Made by a program: the position numbers and the translations under genes. A DNA stretch of 64,000 bases from Chitinophaga pinensis (GTDB lineage: Bacteria > Bacteroidota > Bacteroidia > Palsa-965), in the NCBI GenBank assembly GCA_943372645.1, contig CALRZN010000018.1:27771-91770 (forward strand), written 5' to 3'. Under the pieces are notes generated by a model. The model did not search any database, had not been told where the DNA came from, and saw only the letters and a list, made by a program, of their open reading frames with translations. This document shows positions 8,019 through 16,554 of the stretch, piece after piece. Position 1 is the first letter of the stretch, and each line of letters starts with the position of its first letter.

Positions 8019-9062
8019 ATGAATCTGCACGAACGAATTACCGCACTGGCTGCCCTCGGTCAAAAACTGGGCGAAATCGGCAACGGCCACTTCAATTCAC
8101 CCGCAGCGGCCCGCCTGGGCGCCTGCATCGCCACCGAACACCAGTATAACGGCTGGTTTACCCCGGCAAACGTAAAGGAAGCGCTGGCCTACTGGGCCGG
8201 CAAACTGAACACCACCGATCTTGAAAACTGGTGCGCCGCATATACTTTTCACGACCGCGCCCCGAAACAAGTTGCCGTTATCATGGCCGGCAACATTCCA
8301 CTCGTAGGCATGCACGATTTCCTGGCTGTGCTGCTCAGCGGAAACCGCATCATTGCCAAACTTTCGTCCGACGATCACAACCTGCTGCCCGCCGTGGCGC
8401 TGCTGCTCACGGAAATCGAGCCGCGTTTTGATGATTACATCCGCATTGCCGATGGCAAACTCGAAAAAATGGATGCGATCATCGCTACCGGCAGCAACAA
8501 TTCATCACGCTACTTTGAATATTATTTTTCAAAATACCCACACATCATCCGCAAAAACAGGCATTCCGTGGCCGTGCTTACGGGCAACGAAACACCGGAA
8601 GAAATGAAAGGCCTGGCCGATGATATTTTCCGTTATTTCGGACTCGGATGCCGCAGTGTGTCCAAACTGTTTGTTCCGGCCGGGTATAAATTCGATCCGT
8701 TTTTCGAATCCGTTTACCACTGGGGCGAAGCCGTGCTGGCCTGCAACAAATACATCAACAATTACGATTACAACAAGGCGGTGTACCTGCTCAACAATAT
8801 CAAACTGTTCGACAACAATTTCCTGATGCTGAAAGAAGACATCGGTCTTACTTCGCCCGCATCGGTGCTTTTTTATGAGTTTTATACTGGCGAAGACGAA
8901 CTATTGCTCCGCCTGCGCGCCGATGCCGAAAATCTGCAGTGCGTGGTCAGCAGCCGTCCGTTTCCGAACCTGCCCAATGTAGCGTTCGGCCAAACCCAGC
9001 ATCCCGCACTGGATACGTATGCCGACGGGGTGGATACGCTCGCCTTTTTACTTAACATATAA
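8019..9062 (+). CDS. acyl-CoA reductase (LuxC-like)
   Basis: Length and motifs (VAVIMAGNIPLVGMHDF, IATGSNNSSRYFEYYF, GLGCRSVSKLFVP) fit the Bacteroidota LuxC-type acyl-CoA reductase that typically sits divergent from this ferredoxin. ATG at 8019; 8013 is TTG. Confidence 0.7.
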   Translation: MNLHERITALAALGQKLGEIGNGHFNSPAAARLGACIATEHQYNGWFTPANVKEALAYWAGKLNTTDLENWCAAYTFHDRAPKQVAVIMAGNIPLVGMHDFLAVLLSGNRIIAKLSSDDHNLLPAVALLLTEIEPRFDDYIRIADGKLEKMDAIIATGSNNSSRYFEYYFSKYPHIIRKNRHSVAVLTGNETPEEMKGLADDIFRYFGLGCRSVSKLFVPAGYKFDPFFESVYHWGEAVLACNKYINNYDYNKAVYLLNNIKLFDNNFLMLKEDIGLTSPASVLFYEFYTGEDELLLRLRADAENLQCVVSSRPFPNLPNVAFGQTQHPALDTYADGVDTLAFLLNI

Positions 9063-9127
9063 AAGTTGTAAATAGGATTTCTATAATTTTTTCATTAGTT
9101 TAGTCCCATAAACGGAGGGCGATCCAC

Positions 9128-11749
9128 ATGAAAAAATTAGGGGCAATACTGCTGCTTGTAATTTCCACAGCAGTGCACGCACAGACCACGTTCTGGACAG
9201 AATCATTCAGCAACGGCTGCACGGCAGGCTGTTCAGCAAACGGCTACAACGGTCCGAACGGCACCTGGACACAAACTATTACCGGCGTAGAAGGTGCTGA
9301 TCCCAACGCATGGTTTGTAAGCTGCGCAGAAAACAACACCGGCGTAGGCAACTGCAGTTCCGGCTGCGGAAACAACCAGACATTGCACATCAGCGCAGCC
9401 ATCGGTAACATCGTTTGCCCGAATGATTGCGGCGCTGCATACGATGCCGGCGGGCTCTGCGGTTTCCTCAGCTGCCCGCAAACCGACCGCCGCATCGAAT
9501 CGCCGGTGATCAATTGCACCGGGCAGACCAACATCTCCGTCAGTTTTGAATACATCGCGGCAGGTTCACCGCCCAACGACCAGTGTACACTCTGGTATTT
9601 TGATGGCAGCACCTGGTCGCAGATCGCAACGCTTGCACCGACAAACAATAGCGGTTGCGGCGGACAGGGCAAGTGGGCGGCGTTTGCAGCGGTTGCATTA
9701 CCGGCTTCAGCAAACAACAACCCCAACGTAAAAATCGGTTTCCGCTGGATCAATAATGATGACGGAGTAGGAACTGATCCTTCTGTTGCAATTGACAATG
9801 TTATTCTCACCGTTCCCTCCAGCGGACTTCCGCCGGTGGCTGCTTTTACGGCCAGCGCAACAACTGTTTGTGCAGGGCAGCCGGTAAATTTTACAGACAA
9901 CTCAACGAATACACCAACCAGCTGGAGCTGGACATTTCCTGGCGGCACACCCGCTACCGGCAACACCCAAAACGTTACCGGTGTGGTATGGAATGTTGCG
10001 GGAACATATACCGTAACACTTATCGTTACCAACGGAAACGGAAACGATACAACCACCCAGGTCATTACAGTAGTAGCCAATCCGGTGGTTACCACTTTTG
10101 CATCACCCACCACAATCTGTGTCGGGCAGAGCAGTACACTCACTGCGGCGGGTGCAACTACCTACAACTGGATGCCGGGCAACCTCAGCGGATCTTCGGT
10201 GAATGTTACACCAGCTGTAACTACAACGTACACCGTAACCGGAACGACCGGAAGTTGCACGGACACGGCACAGGTAACCGTGGTGGTGCAGGTATGTGCC
10301 GCGCCAATAGCGGCGTTTACACCAAGTGCTGCCACTACATGCGTAGGATCGCCGGTAAATTTTACCGATAATTCAACCGGCGGACCCACTTCCTGGAGCT
10401 GGACGTTTCCCGGCGCAATACCGGCCACTTCCAATGGACAGAATCCCACCAACGTGGTGTGGGCCGCACCCGGCAGTTATACGGTAACACTCATCGTTTC
10501 AAATATAAACGGCAGCGATACCACTACGCAGGTTATAACGGTAACTGCAGGGCCATCTGTTACAGCATCCGCTTCGTTGCCCGCCATCTGCAACGGTTCA
10601 AGCACAACGCTTACTGCTGTAGGCGCATTAACGTACCTGTGGAATCCCGGCAACCTTACGGGAAATCCGGTTACAGTTAATCCTTCAACTACTACAACAT
10701 ACACGGTAGTGGGTACCGATGCCGGCGGATGTATCGATACCGGGATGGTTACCGTTGCAGTAAATCCTGCTCCGGGTGTTACTGCCACGTCGCTCAACGC
10801 GCAGATTTGTGCGGGTGATTCTGCGACCATCATTGCCGGCGGTGCAGTTACTTACACCTGGCAGCCCGGCGGATTAACCGGTGCTTCACAAACGGTTGCG
10901 CCTGCTACAACCACCACATACACCGTAAACGGAACCGATGCCAACGGCTGTTCTGCAACGGCCATGGTAACCGTGGTAGTACAAGTGTGCAGCCTGCCGG
11001 TAGCCGCAGCAACAACATCAGATAACACGATCTGCGAAGGCACATGTATTGATTTTAACGATGTGAGCACCGGCAACGTAACCGCATGGAACTGGGTATT
11101 CCAGGGCGGAACACCGGCCACCTCCACGCAGCAGAATCCGACTTCCATTTGTTACAGCACCGCAGGTACTTATTCTGTTGTGTTGATTGTAACCAATATT
11201 GCCGGAAACGACACCACGGTACTTACGATTGATGTGGGTGCACCTGCTGCCATTGATGCCGGTCCGTTTGCGCAGATTGCCATCGGAAACAGCACCACGC
11301 TCAATGCCACCGGCGGTTCCGGCAGCTACAGCTGGAGTCCGGGCACCGGCCTGAGCTGCACCGGCTGTGCATCACCGACCGCTTCGCCAACGGTTACTAC
11401 GACGTATACGGTAACAATGACCGACAGTTATGGCTGCCAGTCGTCGGATACGGTAACGGTTGAAGTGATTGAAAAATACGACCTGTTTATTCCCTCCGCA
11501 TTTTCGCCCAACGGCGACGGACACAACGATATGCTTTTTGTGCGTGGGGCAGGCATAAAAGAACTGCAGTTTTTTGTGTTCAGCCGCATCGGTGAAAAGG
11601 TGTTTGAAACCACGGACAAAAACATGGGCTGGGATGGTGTGTATCGCGGACTGCCTATGAATACAGGTGTTTTCACGTATTATGTGAAAGCCACATTCTA
11701 CAACAACACGAGTGAAGTGAAAAAAGGTGACATTACTTTAGTGCGTTAA
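9128..11749 (+). CDS. T9SS type B (gliding motility-associated) C-terminal domain protein with alternating PKD and Ig-like modules
   Basis: Signal peptide present. Three PKD-type modules (FTDNSTN.PTSWSWTFPGGTPAT...GTYTVTLIVTN) are interleaved with Ig-like modules (TYNWMPG, TYLWNPG, TYTWQPG, SYSWSPG). The C-terminus FIPSAFSPNGDGHNDMLFVRG...GWDGVYRG...GVFTYYVKA is the CHU_C/type B sorting domain. Confidence 0.9.
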   Translation: MKKLGAILLLVISTAVHAQTTFWTESFSNGCTAGCSANGYNGPNGTWTQTITGVEGADPNAWFVSCAENNTGVGNCSSGCGNNQTLHISAAIGNIVCPNDCGAAYDAGGLCGFLSCPQTDRRIESPVINCTGQTNISVSFEYIAAGSPPNDQCTLWYFDGSTWSQIATLAPTNNSGCGGQGKWAAFAAVALPASANNNPNVKIGFRWINNDDGVGTDPSVAIDNVILTVPSSGLPPVAAFTASATTVCAGQPVNFTDNSTNTPTSWSWTFPGGTPATGNTQNVTGVVWNVAGTYTVTLIVTNGNGNDTTTQVITVVANPVVTTFASPTTICVGQSSTLTAAGATTYNWMPGNLSGSSVNVTPAVTTTYTVTGTTGSCTDTAQVTVVVQVCAAPIAAFTPSAATTCVGSPVNFTDNSTGGPTSWSWTFPGAIPATSNGQNPTNVVWAAPGSYTVTLIVSNINGSDTTTQVITVTAGPSVTASASLPAICNGSSTTLTAVGALTYLWNPGNLTGNPVTVNPSTTTTYTVVGTDAGGCIDTGMVTVAVNPAPGVTATSLNAQICAGDSATIIAGGAVTYTWQPGGLTGASQTVAPATTTTYTVNGTDANGCSATAMVTVVVQVCSLPVAAATTSDNTICEGTCIDFNDVSTGNVTAWNWVFQGGTPATSTQQNPTSICYSTAGTYSVVLIVTNIAGNDTTVLTIDVGAPAAIDAGPFAQIAIGNSTTLNATGGSGSYSWSPGTGLSCTGCASPTASPTVTTTYTVTMTDSYGCQSSDTVTVEVIEKYDLFIPSAFSPNGDGHNDMLFVRGAGIKELQFFVFSRIGEKVFETTDKNMGWDGVYRGLPMNTGVFTYYVKATFYNNTSEVKKGDITLVR

Positions 11750-11766
11750 AAAGGGAGGAGAAAAAC

Positions 11767-12801
11767 ATGAAAAATAAACTCGTTTTATCGTTCGTATTTG
11801 CGGCGGCAATCAGTATGCCTGCTTTTGCACAGGATTTTCACTACTCGCTGTGGCACATGTCGCCGCTTGCGCTCAATCCGGCCAATACCGGGGCTTACAC
11901 AGGAGATATCCGCGTGGTGAACAACTACCGTATGCAATGGTTTACGGTTGCCACGCCTTATAAAACATTATCGGCCGGGCTGGATGCGCCCATCTTTAAA
12001 AAGAAAATGCAGGGCACTGATTTTTTTGCGGCGGGCTTTGTGTTTAATAACGATAAAATCGGAACCTCGGCGTTGAAAACAAACCGGTACGATTTATCAT
12101 TTGCGTTCCACAAAGACCTGGGCGGCATGCGTGCGAATTACATTTCGCTCGGCTTCCAGACCGGGCTGGGGCAGCAGAGCATCAACCTGGGCGGCATGAG
12201 CTGGGATTCGCAATACGACGGCCTGCAATACAACGCCGCTTTGCCCACGCAGGAAGGCGCTGGCGGTTCGCACATCTGGTTCGATCATTCGGTGGGTATG
12301 CTTTACACCGGCACGGGCAACGAACGGTTTAAAAACATGATCGGTATTTCGTACCTGCACCTTACCCGACCCGATGTCGGTTTTATTATGAGCGATCGCC
12401 TGTACCGGAAGCTGAATGTGCACTGGACCGCGCAGGTAGCGCTGGGGGCCAATTCGAATGCGGTGCTGGTGCCGACTATTTTGTATTCGCGCCAGGGACC
12501 GAGCCAGCTCATCAATACCGGCGCGGGGGTGAAATACCTGCTGCAGCAGCGTTCGCGTTATACCGGTTTTAAAGATGAAAAAGCGATTACGTTTGGTGCG
12601 TCGTACCGCCTCAAAGATGCGGCTTCGGCATACGTGCGTTTTGATTATGCGGGCTGGGGAATCGGCTTCAATTACGATTTTAATATTTCCGATTTAACCG
12701 TGGCCAGCAAAGGCGTGGGCGCGCTCGAATTTATGGCCATTTACACCGGCCTGTTCGGCAGCCAGCAAAATACACGGCGCGATAATGCGAGCTTTTTTTG
12801 A
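11767..12801 (+). CDS. PorP/SprF family type IX secretion system membrane protein
   Basis: N-terminus AQDFHYSLWHMSPLALNPANTGAY..RVVNNYRMQW and the ~340-aa beta-barrel-like length. It lies immediately downstream of a type B cargo gene. Confidence 0.85.
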   Translation: MKNKLVLSFVFAAAISMPAFAQDFHYSLWHMSPLALNPANTGAYTGDIRVVNNYRMQWFTVATPYKTLSAGLDAPIFKKKMQGTDFFAAGFVFNNDKIGTSALKTNRYDLSFAFHKDLGGMRANYISLGFQTGLGQQSINLGGMSWDSQYDGLQYNAALPTQEGAGGSHIWFDHSVGMLYTGTGNERFKNMIGISYLHLTRPDVGFIMSDRLYRKLNVHWTAQVALGANSNAVLVPTILYSRQGPSQLINTGAGVKYLLQQRSRYTGFKDEKAITFGASYRLKDAASAYVRFDYAGWGIGFNYDFNISDLTVASKGVGALEFMAIYTGLFGSQQNTRRDNASFF

Positions 12802-12814
12802 GGGCCGGAAATTT

Positions 12815-12880
12815 TTAACCGCTGATTTACTTTGCGTTACATAGCGATGAACTTTGCGTTCGCGAAGCGATTGCGGTTAA
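12815..12880. repeat. REP-like palindromic element (ttaaccgc ... gcggttaa) with an internal direct repeat actttgcgtt
   Basis: ttaaccgc (12815-12822) pairs with gcggttaa (12873-12880). actttgcgtt occurs at 12829-12838 and 12851-12860. A central ttcgcgaa palindrome is present. Confidence 0.45.
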
Positions 12881-12992
12881 AGCAAGGCAGTACAGTTCCT
12901 CCAACTACAGCCTTCTGTTTCTGAACACCTCCATGTTGTTAATTATCTTGAAAACTTGCCCCTGAACCCCCAACCCGGCCGGGCAAAACCGC

Positions 12993-13000
12993 TATCTTTG
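12993..13000 (+). promoter_or_regulatory. Candidate -7 box TATCTTTG just upstream of the double ddl gene
   Basis: Matches TAnnTTTG and ends 7 nt before the ATG. The nearest TTG is 34 nt upstream, which is too far for a canonical -33. Confidence 0.3.
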
Positions 13001-13007
13001 CGCGTAT

Positions 13008-15701
13008 ATGAAACTACGCATCGGCATTGTATTCGGTGGGCAGTCGAAAGAACGTGAAATTTCGTTTGCCGGCGGCCGTACTGTTTATGACAACCTGAAT
13101 AAATCCCTGTTTGAACCCGTTCCGTTGTTCATTGACAGCTTCGGGAATTTTGTGCTCCTTAACTGGGAGTACGTTTACAAAGGTTCCATCCGCGATTTTT
13201 ATCCGCCCGTGGCCTTCCTTAAACCTTCGCCCGGCGATTTCCAGGTGTATGCAGAAAGCCTGCAGCCCGATGAAACCACCCAACTGCAAATGATTGAAGC
13301 CATCGGCAAACGCATTGCTGCTGATGACCTGAAAAAACACATTGATTTTGCATTTCTCTGCCTCCACGGTCCGTTCGGTGAAGACGGCCGTATCCAGGGT
13401 CTGTTCGAATACCTCGGCATACCGTACAGCGGCTCGGGCATTTTGCCTTCCGCCATCGGCATTGACAAATCAGTACAGAAAAAACTGATGGTGAATGCGG
13501 GCTTCAACAGTCCGAAGTTTTTTACGGTTGACCGTAACGCTTACATCAGCGGTAACTGCAAAGGCCTTTTTGAAAAAGCAAAAAACGAAATCGGTTTACC
13601 GCTCGTGATTAAACCCGCCAACCAGGGTTCGTCCATCGGTGTAACTATACTGCATAATGACAGCGACTATGAATTTATGGCCGCGGTTGAAAAAGCGCTC
13701 TTCACCCGCTGGCTCGATGCCGGTGAATGGAAAGCGATGAATGCCGAACAGCGCAACGAATATGTGCGTGTGCTGTCAGACATACGCGAAGGCATTGGCA
13801 TGCCGCTTACCGTAAACGGCGAACTGGTTTATCATCCCGATGAATTTGTTGCCCTGCTGGATAAAAATTCAGCCACCGAAAAAGAAGGCTGGGTACTCGA
13901 AGCCCGCGACGGCGAAAGCGATGTGCTCATCGAAGGATTTATTGAAGGCAAGGAGTTTTCGTGCATCGTGGTGCAGTCAGGCGAACAGGGCGGGCCACTC
14001 GCTTTGCCACCCACCGAAATACGCAAAGGCAAAGAGTTGTTCGATTACCGCAGCAAATACCTGCCGGGGCTTTCGCGCAAAATTACGCCCATCCAGTTGC
14101 CCGACGAACAGATCGAAGCCATCCGCAGCGAATGTGAACGCCTGTTTGTGGCGCTTGAGTTTGATGTATATGCCCGCATTGACGGATTTATTAACGCCGA
14201 AGGAAAAATTTTCCTGAATGATCCGAACACCACCTCGGGCATGATGCCGTCGTCGTTTTTCTTTCACCAGGCGGCTGAAATCGGGCTTAATCCGTCGCAG
14301 TTTCTTACGTACATCATTCACGTATCGCTGCAGCAGCGCATACGCAACGATAAAAACGCACACCGTTACAACCACCTGCTGGTTACGCTTGACAAAGCCA
14401 TGCACGATGCGCGGCAGCAGGGCGAACAGAAAACGCGGGTGGCTGTTATTCTCGGCGGTTACTCCAGCGAGCGCCACATTTCAGTAGAAAGCGGCCGTAA
14501 CATTTATGAAAAGCTGGCTTCATCGGCCAAATACACGCCCGTACCGGTGTTTCTTACCGGCAACAGCGATGATCACCAGTTGTATGTGATCCCGGTAAAC
14601 GCATTGCTGAAAGACAATGCCGACGACATCAAAGAAAAAGTAGATCACTGGTACGTGCATCCGGTGGTGCAAAAAATCATAAGCCAGGGCGAAGCGCTTA
14701 CACACACGTATTCCTCGCCCGAAAACCTGGCCGCACCGCGCCGCATTTCGTATGATGAACTTGCAACAATGTGCGATGCCGTATTCATTGCGTTGCATGG
14801 TCGTCCCGGCGAAGATGGTGCCGTGCAGGAACGCCTCGAAAAAATCGGGCTGCCGTATAACGGTTCAGGCAAAGCCAGTTCGGAAATTACGATTGATAAG
14901 TATCGCACCAACGAAATACTGATGCAGCATGGTTTACTGGCGGCAGCACATTTCCTGGTAACGGAAGCCGACTGGCAGAACAGCCGCGATGCCGTACTGC
15001 AAACCATTGATGAAAAAATAAAATGGCCGTTCATTGCCAAGCCCGTTGACGACGGCTGCAGTTCGGCTGTGCGTAAAATAAAAACGAAAGCCGAACTCGA
15101 AGCGTTTGCAGAACTCATCTTCCGCAAAACAGACGATCTCGATGCCAAGGCGGCCGAATTGCTGCACATCAAACCGAAGGAAGAATTCCCTTCGAAAAAA
15201 GTATTCCTCATCGAAGAGCTCATCAGCAAACGCGATGCGGTGCATTTCCTGGAAATCACAGGCGGTATGCTCACGCGGTTCAACGCCAAAGGAGAGCGGG
15301 AATACGAAGTGTTTGAAGCATCCGAGGCGCTTTCGGAAGGCGAAGTACTTTCGCTCGAAGAAAAATTCCTGGCAGGGCAGGGACAGAACATCACGCCGGC
15401 GCGTTATTCGGCCGATTCCGCCGAACGCCAGCGTATTTCTGACCAGGTGAAGGCAACGCTTGGCACGGCCGCACGTCTGTTAAATATCGAAGGGTATACC
15501 CGCATTGATGCTTTTGTGCGGATTTTTGCCAACGGTAACGTGGAAACGGTTTTTGTCGAGGTTAATTCACTCCCGGGAATGACACCGGCCACCTGCATTT
15601 TTCACCAGGCAGCCATTAACAACTATAAACCGTACGAATTTATTGACCGTATTCTCGATTTTGCATTCGCACGCCAGAAACAGAACGCGGTTAAAGCCTG
15701 A
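13008..15701 (+). CDS. ddl: Tandem-fused D-alanine--D-alanine ligase family protein (two complete ATP-grasp Ddl-like modules)
   Basis: Module 1 motifs: IVFGGQSKEREISFAGG, LHGPFGEDGRIQGL..GIPYSGSG, LVIKPANQGSSIGV, YARIDGF...NDPNTTSGM. Module 2 starts near nt 14433, with motifs VILGGYSSERHISVESG, LHGRPGEDGAVQERL..GLPYNGSG, FIAKPVDDGCSSAV, YTRIDAF...EVNSLPGMTPAT. Confidence 0.85.
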   Translation: MKLRIGIVFGGQSKEREISFAGGRTVYDNLNKSLFEPVPLFIDSFGNFVLLNWEYVYKGSIRDFYPPVAFLKPSPGDFQVYAESLQPDETTQLQMIEAIGKRIAADDLKKHIDFAFLCLHGPFGEDGRIQGLFEYLGIPYSGSGILPSAIGIDKSVQKKLMVNAGFNSPKFFTVDRNAYISGNCKGLFEKAKNEIGLPLVIKPANQGSSIGVTILHNDSDYEFMAAVEKALFTRWLDAGEWKAMNAEQRNEYVRVLSDIREGIGMPLTVNGELVYHPDEFVALLDKNSATEKEGWVLEARDGESDVLIEGFIEGKEFSCIVVQSGEQGGPLALPPTEIRKGKELFDYRSKYLPGLSRKITPIQLPDEQIEAIRSECERLFVALEFDVYARIDGFINAEGKIFLNDPNTTSGMMPSSFFFHQAAEIGLNPSQFLTYIIHVSLQQRIRNDKNAHRYNHLLVTLDKAMHDARQQGEQKTRVAVILGGYSSERHISVESGRNIYEKLASSAKYTPVPVFLTGNSDDHQLYVIPVNALLKDNADDIKEKVDHWYVHPVVQKIISQGEALTHTYSSPENLAAPRRISYDELATMCDAVFIALHGRPGEDGAVQERLEKIGLPYNGSGKASSEITIDKYRTNEILMQHGLLAAAHFLVTEADWQNSRDAVLQTIDEKIKWPFIAKPVDDGCSSAVRKIKTKAELEAFAELIFRKTDDLDAKAAELLHIKPKEEFPSKKVFLIEELISKRDAVHFLEITGGMLTRFNAKGEREYEVFEASEALSEGEVLSLEEKFLAGQGQNITPARYSADSAERQRISDQVKATLGTAARLLNIEGYTRIDAFVRIFANGNVETVFVEVNSLPGMTPATCIFHQAAINNYKPYEFIDRILDFAFARQKQNAVKA

Positions 15702-15706
15702 GTACT

Positions 15707-16534
15707 ATGAAACGTTTTTTTAGCAATATATGGGGCTTCATCCGGAGCAAAACCTTTCTCAAACACTTTGGGATTGCACTTGTTTCGGTTTCCCTCTTTT
15801 TCTGGCTGGCGTTTAAATCGCTGAGCATTTATACCCGTCATGACGAAACGGTTGATGTGCCTGATTTCACCGGTAAAAAAATCGGGGAACTCGATGGATT
15901 CATCAGCGGGCATCCGCTGAAGTACGAAATTATCGATTCGCTTTACGATCCGAAAAAACCGAAAGGGCAGGTGGTGCGCCAGGATCCGGATCCCGGTATC
16001 AAGGTAAAGGAAGACAGAACCATTTACCTGTACGTAACCACTTCTGTTCCGCCAAAAATTGCCTGTCCGAAATTCATTGACCTCTCTGCCCGTATGGCGT
16101 TGGCCATCGGTGATAGTTACGGACTGATAATGAATACCGAAGTGCGTAAAGCAGACTGCAATGGCTGTGTGATCAAGCAGGTGGATAAAGTTACCGGCAA
16201 AGTGCTGGAACCGGGAACGCCGATTGAAAAGGGAACAAAAATTACCATCATCGTTGGCAAAAACGACGGAGGTGGCGACGGCGATATTTCGGTTCCGAAC
16301 CTCGTGGGGCTCGGTTTCCGGGCAGCTCGCTCGCGCTTACAGGATTTAGGATTGGACTATACGGCCGTTCCCGACGAACCGGGCAAAAAATTTGATACCT
16401 TGTCATCAACGGTTTACCGGCAGCTGCCCGGGCCGGGTTCCGACCGTATGCTTTCTCCCGGAAGCGCGGTTGATTTGTTCCTGACGATGGACAAATCGAA
16501 AGCAAACGACAAGCAGGACACCCTGGATAATTAG
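15707..16534 (+). CDS. PASTA domain-containing membrane protein
   Basis: An N-terminal TM helix is followed by three PASTA-like units (VPDFTGKKIGEL..., CPKFIDLSARMA..., VPNLVGLGFRAARSRL...). It starts 5 nt after the ddl stop. Confidence 0.8.
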   Translation: MKRFFSNIWGFIRSKTFLKHFGIALVSVSLFFWLAFKSLSIYTRHDETVDVPDFTGKKIGELDGFISGHPLKYEIIDSLYDPKKPKGQVVRQDPDPGIKVKEDRTIYLYVTTSVPPKIACPKFIDLSARMALAIGDSYGLIMNTEVRKADCNGCVIKQVDKVTGKVLEPGTPIEKGTKITIIVGKNDGGGDGDISVPNLVGLGFRAARSRLQDLGLDYTAVPDEPGKKFDTLSSTVYRQLPGPGSDRMLSPGSAVDLFLTMDKSKANDKQDTLDN

Positions 16535-16554
16535 ATTTTTAACGCATCGCATAC

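Noticed and set aside
7318-8022. ORFs 7318-7587 (-) and 7426-8022 (+) spanning the intergenic palindrome and the ferredoxin gene.
   Set aside because: Both run through the GGCAGT inverted repeat and the terminator hairpins, or antisense to the ferredoxin. There are no motifs, so I regard them as artefacts.
9244-10143. Long antisense ORF (299 aa) opposite the 873-aa type B cargo gene. Similar shadow ORFs occur opposite the 1427-aa adhesin (e.g. 33036-33569, 33618-34130, 34227-34808).
   Set aside because: They lie opposite T/G/S/V-rich repeat coding sequence, have low-complexity products and no start context. They mirror the repeat periodicity, so they are frame shadows of the real genes.
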